A stretch of DNA of 60,294 nucleotides, taken from the IMG/VR virus record IMGVR_UViG_3300030328_000938, positions 1-60,294 of that record. The stretch is one strand, 5' to 3'. The DNA is from a virus (Duplodnaviria > Caudoviricetes). Position 1 is the first letter of the stretch. Every line of letters starts with the position of its first letter. Made by a program: the position numbers and the translations under genes. This document shows, one piece after another, positions 1-8,019 of the stretch. Under the pieces are notes generated by a model, which did not search any database, was not told the origin of the DNA, and saw nothing but the letters and a program-made list of their open reading frames with translations.

Positions 1-336
1 AAATGCATTAGGTTTATCAATCGGTTGATTGCGATTATCTAATACAGGATGTATCTGAGTTCTACTTACAGGCTCACTATCTCCTGTTGGCACAGTCACA
101 GTAACTTGAACAAAACAACCCGCTTCAGTTTGCATATATGGTTGTTTAGCACCTTCAAGTCCCCATTCATGTATAGTCCATGTAGCGTCTGGAGCAACTT
201 TAAGAAACTCTCTAACTGCCCACGCCCAACTAAGATAAGTGAAGTTACCTTTCTTCTTAGTAAACTCATTTACATTTAATTCGTTCAACTGGTCAAATAT
301 GTCTTGTATTCTACTCTTTGTTTTCTTTGTTGGCAT
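1..336 (-). CDS. Sak/Rad52-like single-strand annealing protein (DUF1071-type), N-terminal part, runs off the left edge
   Basis: Hand translation from ATG at 336: MPTKKTKSRIQDIFDQLNELNVNEFTKKKGNFTYLSWAWAV...HPVLDNRNQPIDKPNAF. The YLSWAWA motif is typical of Sak. Not in the ORF track. Confidence 0.85.
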   Translation of the reverse strand, partial: MPTKKTKSRIQDIFDQLNELNVNEFTKKKGNFTYLSWAWAVREFLKVAPDATWTIHEWGLEGAKQPYMQTEAGCFVQVTVTVPTGDSEPVSRTQIHPVLDNRNQPIDKPNAF

Positions 337-502
337 CTTTGCTCTCCTCGTTTTCAAATACCATTTTTACTGCATTAGTAGTGTTGTAAGCACTCTGTAT
401 GTACACTTTGGTGTATTTAGTTAAGTTATTAGCTTTTAGAAAAGACTTCGGTAAAGTAATCCTTCCTCTTTCATCAATATTACACTCAGCTATCCACATC
501 AT
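311..502 (-). CDS. AbrB/MraZ/SpoVT-like DNA-binding protein
   Basis: IDERGRITLPKS motif. Confidence 0.7.
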   Translation of the reverse strand: MMWIAECNIDERGRITLPKSFLKANNLTKYTKVYIQSAYNTTNAVKMVFENEESKDANKENKE

Positions 503-710
503 CTTTCTTCTTCTCCTTTTTCAATGTAAACTGATACATCCAAGCAGAGACTAGTTTTCTAGCCATATGTTTATCTACTCCCATTTCTTCTATTATGAAA
601 TCAGGTGCTTGAAACATATTTATACTTCCTGACTCTCTTAACTCATCCAAAAAGGGAAAAGCCTCTTCTGCTAGTTTGTCAAATAATACATCATGTTCTG
701 TTGTTGCCAC
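486..710 (-). CDS. Hypothetical phage protein (DUF5049-like)
   Basis: LDELRESGSINMF motif; GTG start with GGAGG RBS. Confidence 0.6.
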   Translation of the reverse strand: MATTEHDVLFDKLAEEAFPFLDELRESGSINMFQAPDFIIEEMGVDKHMARKLVSAWMYQFTLKKEKKKDDVDS

Positions 711-834
711 GATATTCCTCCATTCTATTCATTAACATTAAAAACAAATGCAATGATACAAATACAAGTATACTTATTAATAAATACGCTATGCATTGCA
801 TCATCCAATTAGGTAAATCAATCATTATTATCAT
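691..834 (-). CDS. Small membrane protein (47 aa)
   Basis: Hand translation MIIMIDLPNWMMQCIAYLLISILVFVSLHLFLMLM...; ATGA overlap with the upstream gene's stop. Confidence 0.55.
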   Translation of the reverse strand: MIIMIDLPNWMMQCIAYLLISILVFVSLHLFLMLMNRMEEYRGNNRT

Positions 835-1577
835 CTCGTCAATCCCTCACAATATTTTCCTTGATAATCACAATATTTACACTCCCAATTCTCAAAAGGA
901 ACACCAACATCTCCAACTTGTAAATCTTCAGGTTCATCTGTGTCTTCTTTTATTTCATACAACTCTGTCCAATATTCATACGCTTCATCAAACCATACAT
1001 CAGGGATATATTCCTTCCTAACTGTACTAGTGTCTTTGTTATACCACAACAATCCAAGTGTTGCAGTATTTACTTGTAATTCATTACAAATACCCATTCC
1101 ATAAGTAGCTACTTGCATAGCATATCGTCTATCAATCTTATTGACAGCACCTCTGCCATACTTTAGTCTCCACTTATATGAGCCTGCCGTCTTGTAATCC
1201 CATACTTCAACATTACTTATGTCACCATTTACTTCTCTGTATGTGCATAAATCTAAATGACCTAATACATTTAAATCTTCTAGCTCAATACGATGCTCAA
1301 GTAATACTTTGAGATTGTCAGGCTTATTGTCTTCCATATACTTATTAACTGCTAGTTCTAAATCATTATGAACTATAGTACCAAGTCTTAGAAGTCTCAT
1401 ATTTCTAGGTTTTAATTCCTTCTTTTCATCGCCTCTTATCTTATGTAATTGCTTACGATAGCAACTACCCGCTGATGATGCACCAAACATAGATTCAACA
1501 CCTTTGTATTTCTTTTGGTTCTCATCTTGTTCAGATTGCAGAAAAGAATGGTAAACTTGCTCAATGTCAAGATTCAT
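831..1577 (-). CDS. Cas4-like PD-(D/E)XK exonuclease
   Basis: N-terminal SSAGSC, HLD...WDYKT, QVATY and C-terminal CKYCDYQGKYC (Fe-S staple pattern). Confidence 0.85.
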   Translation of the reverse strand: MNLDIEQVYHSFLQSEQDENQKKYKGVESMFGASSAGSCYRKQLHKIRGDEKKELKPRNMRLLRLGTIVHNDLELAVNKYMEDNKPDNLKVLLEHRIELEDLNVLGHLDLCTYREVNGDISNVEVWDYKTAGSYKWRLKYGRGAVNKIDRRYAMQVATYGMGICNELQVNTATLGLLWYNKDTSTVRKEYIPDVWFDEAYEYWTELYEIKEDTDEPEDLQVGDVGVPFENWECKYCDYQGKYCEGLTR

Positions 1578-1601
1578 GTTTTACTCCTTCGCACAGGTCT
1601 A

Positions 1602-1630
1602 AATTTAACAATATCAATAGATAAAGACAA
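1602..1630 (-). promoter_or_regulatory. Sigma70-like promoter upstream of the exonuclease/recombination genes
   Basis: Minus strand reads TTGTCT-N17-TAAATT with an extended -10 TG. Confidence 0.55.
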
Positions 1631-1675
1631 GAAGGAAGGACAATGGAGCTACTCAAAACCTCCCTTCTGTCTTAT
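1621..1675 (-). terminator. Long imperfect hairpin (terminator or processing stem)
   Basis: ATAAGACAGAAGG pairs with CCTTCTTGTCTTTAT, just downstream of the HTH gene. Confidence 0.5.
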
Positions 1676-1694
1676 GGCGTACTCCTAAAGGCTA

Positions 1695-1907
1695 TCAGGG
1701 TACAAGTCTATATTCTGCGTATTTCTTCTTACCAGTGCTGTTCTTATTAATAATTGTGTAGCCTTCATCTCTTAATTCAAAGATGATAGCCGCGAGTCTC
1801 ATACTTCTTATGTCTGGATTCTGCATAGCGTCAAGTGGAGTCAATGATTGTCCTGTCTTTAAATAGTCTAAGACATTATCTTTTTTACTCTTCTTCTTTC
1901 TTACCAT
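1695..1907 (-). CDS. Winged helix-turn-helix protein
   Basis: LTPLDA...RLAAIIFELRDEGYTI pattern. Confidence 0.75.
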   Translation of the reverse strand: MVRKKKSKKDNVLDYLKTGQSLTPLDAMQNPDIRSMRLAAIIFELRDEGYTIINKNSTGKKKYAEYRLVP

Positions 1908-2458
1908 ACCTGAAATCCTCCTGAAGACTCAACAAACAATCTCCATCTCTTAGCTACATCAGTTTTAAATGGATAACTAGCCATAAAGTTTCTAGTTTTA
2001 CCTGTTCCCTTACAAGGGTTACAAGATTTCTTATCACTATTATGTATTCCAGTTCCATTGCAACCAACACACTCTTCATCTTCAAGTTTGTCTTGCCATT
2101 CTTTATAGCTCTTCTCGTACTTCTCTAAAGTTCCATCTTCCTCTGCCTTCCTTAGTAGTCTCGCCATTCTTATTGCAGTAGTCTTAGGCACTTTAATACC
2201 ATCATTAGACATACCTGCATCAATGTGTTTATCTGACATTACATTAAGACACACATCGACTGTATAAGACCACAATCCTCTCCACCACCAGACATTACTT
2301 CTCCAATAGTCTCCGGGGACTGCTTCCTCATACGCTGACACTCTTGCCCAATGGTCTTCTTGCTCATGTTTCTTGAGCTTATTGAAGTTATCAGGATAGA
2401 GTGGTTTCTCGATACCTAAGTGATTGATTGGACTTAATCCATACACATCATATCCCAT
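1901..2458 (-). CDS. Hypothetical phage protein with a DnaJ-type zinc finger insert
   Basis: CVGCNGTG...CNPCKGTG; Trp-rich YWRSNVWWWRGLW; AGGAGG RBS. Confidence 0.7.
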   Translation of the reverse strand: MGYDVYGLSPINHLGIEKPLYPDNFNKLKKHEQEDHWARVSAYEEAVPGDYWRSNVWWWRGLWSYTVDVCLNVMSDKHIDAGMSNDGIKVPKTTAIRMARLLRKAEEDGTLEKYEKSYKEWQDKLEDEECVGCNGTGIHNSDKKSCNPCKGTGKTRNFMASYPFKTDVAKRWRLFVESSGGFQVW

Positions 2459-2493
2459 AGTATCCTCCTTATCTTGCTTGTTATAGGAAATTT

Positions 2494-2577
2494 AGAGGCA
2501 ACTACAATCTTCGGTGACTCCCATCGTGTTAGCCACATTACTGCGCAGTTGGGAACGAACTTGTTATCATTGCCTCT
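2494..2577 (-). ncRNA. Candidate small multibranch structured RNA
   Basis: Closing stem AGAGGCAA(2494-2501)/TTGCCTCT(2570-2577); inner TCCCA/TGGGA, TTCG/CGAA and ACTGCGCAGT hairpin; intergenic. Confidence 0.55.
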
Positions 2578-2586
2578 TTAAAGTTT

Positions 2587-2712
2587 TGGGGGAACTGGTT
2601 CGCCAACCATATACATTTGTCATCCTCTTCTCTTTTGTTCCAAGTATTCTCAGCTAATGCTTCATTGTCTACTCTTTACTCAAGTCAAACTTTGACTAAT
2701 TCTGTCCCCCCA
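2587..2712 (-). ncRNA. Candidate structured RNA (~126 nt)
   Basis: Closing TGGGGG/CCCCCA; inner hairpins at 2596-2609 and 2683-2697; intergenic; strand inferred from context. Confidence 0.45.
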
Positions 2713-2724
2713 TTTACAGGAGTT

Positions 2725-3054
2725 TTAATCCAAGCCGTACTCTTGTTGTATACGACTAATGTGTTCACCTTCAAGGTATAGGTCATAGTTATAACCACAC
2801 ATTTGCTTTAATAAATCATAAGCATCTGTCAATTCATCACGATATTCTTCTTCCTTCATCATATCCATTGATGTATCATAATCAAACATTCCTTCGTGAA
2901 CATGGTAATTTTCATACCTATTTGGCTTATTTTGGGTATTCTTCATATCAAGAGTATCCTTAATAAGTCTAGGTATTGGTAGCTCTTTGCCATACTTCTT
3001 TTGATTGAAGTTTAGAGCTTTATAATAACTGTGTACTGGTTTGTTTTGTTTCAT
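2725..3054 (-). CDS. Hypothetical protein
   Basis: ORF with AGGAG RBS. Confidence 0.65.
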   Translation of the reverse strand: MKQNKPVHSYYKALNFNQKKYGKELPIPRLIKDTLDMKNTQNKPNRYENYHVHEGMFDYDTSMDMMKEEEYRDELTDAYDLLKQMCGYNYDLYLEGEHISRIQQEYGLD

Positions 3055-3083
3055 AACTGTCTCCTAAAGTTATTAGTATGTGT

Positions 3084-3668
3084 TTAACTTTCCAACTCTT
3101 TCATATTGCAATAGTCGTAATAACTACCTTTGTCTGTCCAAACATCCCAATATCCAACCCATCTAACTAGTTCAGGGAAGCGTACAAATCCGTACATATC
3201 AGGGTCTTCGTTCATCCAAGAGTTCTTGATATATTGTTTCAACTTCAATCCTGTATCAACAGGACTAACGCTATTAATATCTCCAACTTTTAGTAGTTTA
3301 TTTTGATTTCTGTCAATTCTAAGGTCAGCCTTCCAACCACAGTTTAATGTTATGTGTAGAGGTGTATCAGAGTTGTGCTGAAATTTATACTGTTTACCCA
3401 CAATACAATCTCTAGTCAAGTGTCCTTTAAGGTCTTTAGTGTTAATATAACAAGCATAAGCACTCATCTCTTCTAATGCAACCATTCCATAAATGAATAC
3501 TTCTTGCAATGGTTTACCTTCACCCCACTTATAACCTTCACCTATCTCAGGTGGTAATATAGGTTCTCTCTCCCCACTTCCTGCGTAATCATATGTCACA
3601 TGAAGTCCATTATGTGGGAAGAATATACCAGAGTATAATTGATTTAAATCTTTTCCATGTATATCCAT
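3084..3668 (-). CDS. Hypothetical protein
   Basis: 194-aa ORF, TAATG-coupled to the upstream peptide gene. Confidence 0.7.
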   Translation of the reverse strand: MDIHGKDLNQLYSGIFFPHNGLHVTYDYAGSGEREPILPPEIGEGYKWGEGKPLQEVFIYGMVALEEMSAYACYINTKDLKGHLTRDCIVGKQYKFQHNSDTPLHITLNCGWKADLRIDRNQNKLLKVGDINSVSPVDTGLKLKQYIKNSWMNEDPDMYGFVRFPELVRWVGYWDVWTDKGSYYDYCNMKELES

Positions 3669-3772
3669 TATTTCCTCGCCTCTTTCTTTCTCTTCTTCTC
3701 TTCACGCTTTCTTCTTTTAATGTCCTCGTTCTTCTTTCGTCTATTTATTTTATTTTGTTTAGCCTGTCTCAT
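3668..3772 (-). CDS. Very basic 34-aa peptide
   Basis: Hand translation MRQAKQNKINRRKKNEDIKRRKREEKKRKKEARK; AGGAG RBS; TAATG coupling to the next gene. Confidence 0.6.
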   Translation of the reverse strand: MRQAKQNKINRRKKNEDIKRRKREEKKRKKEARK

Positions 3773-3804
3773 TTGTCTCTCCTGTTAGTTAATGTTTAAA
3801 AGTA

Positions 3805-4238
3805 TGTGGTCACTCTTTCTCGCTTGATTAGAGTTGTCTATCACAGACTTCAATAGATTATGGATAGCGGTTTTGAACACATTATACCATAAGTACACCA
3901 AGATAACCATAATTCTGAGGAGCTACCTACTGATTAGAATGGCATCTTCTTGCCGATGCCCACAAGGTTCTTCAACCTCATGGTAAGATTCCGTCCTATG
4001 CCTTGCAACGCCTTAACACATTGCTAAGATGACATACGATGACCTGATAAGTCTTGAGTGCTTTCATACCTTTAGGGATAGCAGTAAGACCACTCTATGA
4101 TACTACATCATATCGTATTTGTATCGAAGTCTAGGATAACTTCATAGATACAGTCAAATGTACTCAACTAAGTTTAGTTTAGTTATTTAACGGTTTCCTC
4201 TATTGATGATTAGTCACTATCTACTCAAAGTGACCACA
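3805..4238 (-). ncRNA. Candidate large (~434 nt) structured non-coding RNA
   Basis: No ORF in the track; nested long-range helices 3805-3814/4229-4238, 3850-3857/4199-4206, 4034-4040/4112-4118 and many local hairpins; G-U extension of the closing helix favours the minus strand. Confidence 0.7.
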
Positions 4239-4248
4239 ATTAAAGTTT

Positions 4249-4315
4249 AGGCTCTGCATATCTATCACAAGAAGGATAAGATAGAAGGAACAGATGCGGA
4301 GTCCCTACAGAGCCT
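4249..4315 (-). ncRNA. Candidate small structured RNA with pyrimidine (UCCUUC) loops
   Basis: AGGCTCTG/CAGAGCCT closing stem; inner CTATC/GATAG. Confidence 0.55.
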
Positions 4316-4402
4316 TTAAGTCGCATTGCCAGTTTCTGTCTCCCGGTACTGGTAACCCATAGAGTATAATTTCTTTTAATTTTGGTAAATACTCATTTAA
4401 CC

Positions 4403-4507
4403 TCACCATATCTCTGGACTAGTGATTATAAGCCACCATATAAATGTAGCAAACATCATAAGTACACAAAGAAATTCACCTATAAATCTTTTGGTTGATT
4501 CTCGCAT
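4403..4507 (-). CDS. Small membrane peptide (34 aa)
   Basis: MRESTKRFIGEFLCVLMMFATFIWWLIITSPEIW; GAGG RBS. Confidence 0.5.
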   Translation of the reverse strand: MRESTKRFIGEFLCVLMMFATFIWWLIITSPEIW

Positions 4508-4564
4508 TTTCTTACCTCTAGGTTGTGACAAGTGGACATTTCTGCCCACCTGTCGTTGCAACAA

Positions 4565-4801
4565 CTACTCTGCCAAGAATGACTCTAGGATTAAACTCCC
4601 TTCATCATCTGTTATACAGAGCATAGCCTTTAGTTTATCGTAAGAGACATCTAGCATTTCAGATGCTTTACTACACGCTTTAGATGAATTAGATGCCTTA
4701 ACAAAGCCACCAAATCTCACCTTGCGTGAGGTATTCATTCCATGTTCACCATACAGTAATGATGTACTAGGAACTTCAACCAATATCATATACTTGTGCA
4801 T
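4565..4801 (-). CDS. Hypothetical early protein
   Basis: ORF; ATG at 4801 preceded by AGGAGG is preferred over the start at 4831. Confidence 0.6.
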   Translation of the reverse strand: MHKYMILVEVPSTSLLYGEHGMNTSRKVRFGGFVKASNSSKACSKASEMLDVSYDKLKAMLCITDDEGSLILESFLAE

Positions 4802-4928
4802 ACGATACCTCCTGTTCTGTTGTTGATTCATTCGTTATTTTACAACATACAAGAGTATTATAAGTTAATGCCCATGTTATCCCAATAGAACTATATATAA
4901 ATGGGAGTGAGTGAGCGTATATGTATCA

Positions 4929-4989
4929 TAATTGTACCACTTTATACAAATATACGACTTTATATAAATATATGTTAATTGTACTACTT
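4929..4989. repeat. Three degenerate direct repeats (TACNACTT) in an AT-rich spacer
   Basis: TAATTGTACCACTT 4929-4942, TATACGACTT 4951-4960, TAATTGTACTACTT 4976-4989. Confidence 0.55.
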
Positions 4990-5005
4990 AATTAATAAAT
5001 CAAGG

Positions 5006-5040
5006 TAGGAAAGTGGATACATTGCATACCCACTCTCCCC
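5006..5040 (-). terminator. Hairpin downstream of the first early gene
   Basis: GGAGAGTGGGTA/TATCCACTTTCC stem on the minus strand. Confidence 0.5.
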
Positions 5041-5069
5041 TGAAGACTCCTTAGTATCTTCAATAAACC

Positions 5070-5411
5070 TTACTTAGGATTGATTGCCTCTCGTACTGCC
5101 TCTGCAATGATTGGAGCCATTAGTGTAGCTGTTTCTGTAAGCATATCAGTCTGTGCCTGCTTCTGCTTCTTCATCGCTTTCTTTAGCTTCTTCTCACTCT
5201 TGCCTCTGCGTGCTGATGGATGCTCAGTTTCTGTTATTATAGATACAGCGTGTTCCATAGTTTCAAACATCTGTGAGTACGACCTATCTATACTTCTATC
5301 ACTAAGTGGAAACCTACGACTACGCTTCTGCCTCGCTGAGGTGTATGTAGCGTGTATGTCATCGATAACGAACTCTGCGTTCATCCACTTACCTAATCCG
5401 ACAAATTCCAT
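5070..5411 (-). CDS. Hypothetical protein, first gene of the early arm
   Basis: ORF with TAAGGAG RBS. Confidence 0.7.
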   Translation of the reverse strand: MEFVGLGKWMNAEFVIDDIHATYTSARQKRSRRFPLSDRSIDRSYSQMFETMEHAVSIITETEHPSARRGKSEKKLKKAMKKQKQAQTDMLTETATLMAPIIAEAVREAINPK

Positions 5412-5530
5412 GTTTATTCTCCTTATTAAGTTTACGATTCGATTACAACTAAAAAGTCATAATCAAAAAACCCAAAAAGACCGGGGTAGGGTGTGTATGT
5501 GGTTGCCTATCAAAATACTACAATTTTTTC

Positions 5531-5560
5531 TTGTAAATAACCTGGGCATAGGTATATATT
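5531..5560 (+). promoter_or_regulatory. Candidate late-arm promoter
   Basis: TTGTAA-N18-TATATT ahead of the first + strand gene; similar pattern at 12812 and 36632. Confidence 0.45.
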
Positions 5561-5584
5561 CTAGATAATTGGAGGAATAATATT

Positions 5585-5755
5585 ATGACAATTACATCAA
5601 AACAGTTAACAGGAAATGAAGCCTTTACAGGAGTAGCTAGAACAGAGCATGATAATGCTATGAGGGAAAAGGAAAAATTGATTGCAGAGCTTGAAGAAGT
5701 GAAAGCAAAAGTGGATGCGAAGTCTAAAAAGAAAAGTAAGCAAAAGAAAAAGTAA
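5585..5755 (+). CDS. Small hypothetical protein (56 aa, basic C-terminus)
   Basis: Hand translation MTITSKQLTGNEAFTGVARTEHD...KKKSKQKKK; GGAGG RBS at 5571. Confidence 0.65.
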   Translation: MTITSKQLTGNEAFTGVARTEHDNAMREKEKLIAELEEVKAKVDAKSKKKSKQKKK

Positions 5756-5808
5756 TAGTATATTAATATATATATAATATATAATATATATATGTAATAG
5801 GCTGTGGC

Positions 5809-6054
5809 ATGAATCTTATGGCAGTTGAAATACCTCATTTATCTAATTTCCCATTGGAAGAACAAGAGAGAATCTTGGAAAAGATGGTAACAAACTATGC
5901 TTCTGAAATGATAGCTCAAGAAAAGGCTGAAAAAGAAAAATGGACTTATATAGAAATTGATGGAGAAACTTTTCGGATACATGATAAGGTAAATGATTTA
6001 CTAAATAGCGTTTATCGGATGTATGAAAAGGAAGTCAAAAAAGAGAAGAGTTAA
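5809..6054 (+). CDS. Hypothetical protein
   Basis: ORF, TAATG-coupled to the next gene. Confidence 0.65.
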   Translation: MNLMAVEIPHLSNFPLEEQERILEKMVTNYASEMIAQEKAEKEKWTYIEIDGETFRIHDKVNDLLNSVYRMYEKEVKKEKS

Positions 6055-6824
6055 TGGAGTATAGAGAGATAAAGAGGGTAAAGCATTATGTTTACGATAA
6101 CATTGAAGAGTTTCACAAAGACCACCCTCGTATTACACCCGTGGATGATTGGAAAAAAGGAAAAGAGGGCGATTGGGTGTATTCAAGTGACAATAGGATA
6201 GTTCAACTTCTAAAAGTAAAAGAAGACCTTAAACATCCGAATGACCGACCAAACTATAGTCATAGTAAAGGTTATGTTAGGACTATTGTTGGCACATTTC
6301 TGCGTAATGATAAAACTGAAATGGATACCAACTTTGAAGAGCATCCTAACAGATACACTTTCTCGAAGAAAATTAAAAACACCAATTCACGAATTAGAGA
6401 AAGAAAGAACCCAACGAATAAAGAAAAGCTATTTGCGACAACTGTTGCAATCGGAACCGACGCAGTTAAAGCGTACATGGATGCTTTTCAAGAAACTGAT
6501 AGAGATAAGGCTAGGAAAAAAGCCGTAGTCTTACTTAAACAGAGGAGAGTTATGGAAGAAGTAGAAAAAAATGTGAACGATGTGGCTAAAAAATTAGGCA
6601 TCGACCACGATTATATCCTTAGGTCACTAAAACACCTAGCCGATTATAGTGACGACCAAAATATAGCATTGCAATCCCTAAAGGAGCTTGGTAAGGCAGT
6701 AGGGACTCTAGGTACTGGTACTAAAAAAGTAGAGACTGGAGTGATTGGAATGTTTCAAGGCTTCTCCCCTGAGCAATTACAGGGTGCTAGAAGAGAACTT
6801 AACGAAGAAAACGAGGTAAAATAG
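6054..6824 (+). CDS. Putative terminase small subunit
   Basis: C-terminal half (AVKAYMDAF...LLKQ...ALQSLKELGK) resembles TerS helices; lies upstream of TerL. Confidence 0.5.
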   Translation: MEYREIKRVKHYVYDNIEEFHKDHPRITPVDDWKKGKEGDWVYSSDNRIVQLLKVKEDLKHPNDRPNYSHSKGYVRTIVGTFLRNDKTEMDTNFEEHPNRYTFSKKIKNTNSRIRERKNPTNKEKLFATTVAIGTDAVKAYMDAFQETDRDKARKKAVVLLKQRRVMEEVEKNVNDVAKKLGIDHDYILRSLKHLADYSDDQNIALQSLKELGKAVGTLGTGTKKVETGVIGMFQGFSPEQLQGARRELNEENEVK

Positions 6825-7915
6825 TGGCAAAAAGCAAGAAGGAAGAGTTAGACCCATCGATTCACTTTGATGAAGAGGCGTTTACTACAGATAACGATGG
6901 TAATATCATCAGTTGTCCTCATTGTGGTACTAAACATCTAAGGAGAGATGGTTGGAATTACTATAAAAATAGTCAAAAGCAGATGTGGCTTTGCTATGGT
7001 TGTCATAGGAAGACATTAAAACCTGAAATAGTAAAAGCATCACCATTTACCAAAGAAACACCTGAACCAGAAGACCTACCAGTGCCTGAAATCATAGAGC
7101 ATAGGAAGAAAATGTATGCTCAGAAGGTCAAAGGTCGTAATAGTAAAAAACTCATCAATTTGGACATCCATATGGACGGACCGATAGGGATAGCACACTT
7201 TGGTGACCCTCATGTAGACGATGATGGTACTAATATTGGCGACATTCTTCAGAAATGTGATATTATAAACAACACCGAAGGCTTGTTTGCTGGGAATCTA
7301 GGAGATATTCAAAATAATTGGGTAGGTAGACTAGGTTTTCTTTATGGTCAGCAATCAATGTCAGCTAAAGAGTCTTGGAGACTTACTGAATACTTCGTTA
7401 ATAAAATGGATTGGCTTTATCTGATAGCAGGTAACCACGATGTATGGAGTGGAGATGGTGACCCTCTAGATTTTCTTATGAGAGACACAAAAGGAGTCTA
7501 TGAGAAATGGGGAGCTAGGATGAATATGCGATTCCCTAATGGAAAAGAAATCAGAATAAACGCTAGACACACCTTTAAAGGCAACTCAATTTGGAATACT
7601 GCTCATGGAGTATCTAGAGCAATCCAAACAGGTTGGCGTGACCATATCCTTACTTGTGGACATACTCATGTCTCAGGATACCAAGTGCTTAAAGACCCTT
7701 CAACTGGTCTAATAAGCCACGGATTACAAGTTGCAAGTTTTAAGATATTAGATAACTATGCCGACAAGCTAGGTTTAGATTGTAAGAATATCTTTAATTG
7801 TCCTGTTACCATTATAGACCCTCGATATGATGATGATGATAATAGGCTTATAACAACAATATTCAGTTTAGAGAAGGGTGCTGAATATCTAAATTATCTA
7901 AGGAGTCAAAAATGA
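6824..7915 (+). CDS. Calcineurin-like metallophosphoesterase with an N-terminal zinc ribbon
   Basis: GDPH, GD, GNHD, H and GHTH motifs; CPHC...CYGC. Confidence 0.85.
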   Translation: MAKSKKEELDPSIHFDEEAFTTDNDGNIISCPHCGTKHLRRDGWNYYKNSQKQMWLCYGCHRKTLKPEIVKASPFTKETPEPEDLPVPEIIEHRKKMYAQKVKGRNSKKLINLDIHMDGPIGIAHFGDPHVDDDGTNIGDILQKCDIINNTEGLFAGNLGDIQNNWVGRLGFLYGQQSMSAKESWRLTEYFVNKMDWLYLIAGNHDVWSGDGDPLDFLMRDTKGVYEKWGARMNMRFPNGKEIRINARHTFKGNSIWNTAHGVSRAIQTGWRDHILTCGHTHVSGYQVLKDPSTGLISHGLQVASFKILDNYADKLGLDCKNIFNCPVTIIDPRYDDDDNRLITTIFSLEKGAEYLNYLRSQK

Positions 7916-8019
7916 TAGAAATTTCAATGCTATTGTGTCTTGTCTTGGTTTGTTATAATTCATACCTATGGCGAGAAGGGGAATGGAAGAAAGGTAAATA
8001 TTTTTATAGGAGGAGATAA
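7912..8019 (+). CDS. Small hydrophobic peptide (35 aa)
   Basis: MIEISMLLCLVLVCYNSYLWREGEWKKGKYFYRRR; ATGA and TAATG coupling on both sides. Confidence 0.5.
   Translation: MIEISMLLCLVLVCYNSYLWREGEWKKGKYFYRRR

Noticed and set aside
605-1021. 138-aa + strand ORF and similar short antisense ORFs (e.g. 16587-17015, 32171-32548, 27087-27569)
   Set aside because: They lie opposite well-supported genes and have no RBS or recognisable motifs.
831-1577. Cas4-like gene as evidence of CRISPR-Cas
   Set aside because: No repeat-spacer array or other cas genes seen; solo Cas4-like nucleases next to Sak and SSB are ordinary phage recombination genes.
3805-4238. RNase P RNA, tmRNA or group I intron identity for the large RNA
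   Set aside because: GAGGAAAC only partly resembles the RNase P GAGGAAAGUCC motif and the 3' partner is missing. There is no T-loop/CCA end, and it does not interrupt a gene.
5080-5568. 162-aa + strand ORF
   Set aside because: Antisense shadow of the 5070-5411 gene, which has a good RBS.
5518-5838. 106-aa - strand ORF
   Set aside because: Low-complexity translation of the AT tract, antisense to the RBS-bearing 5585-5755 gene.
6910-7015. IS1-like transposase zinc ribbon suggesting an insertion sequence
   Set aside because: It is fused in frame to a phosphoesterase; no DDE domain or terminal inverted repeats seen.
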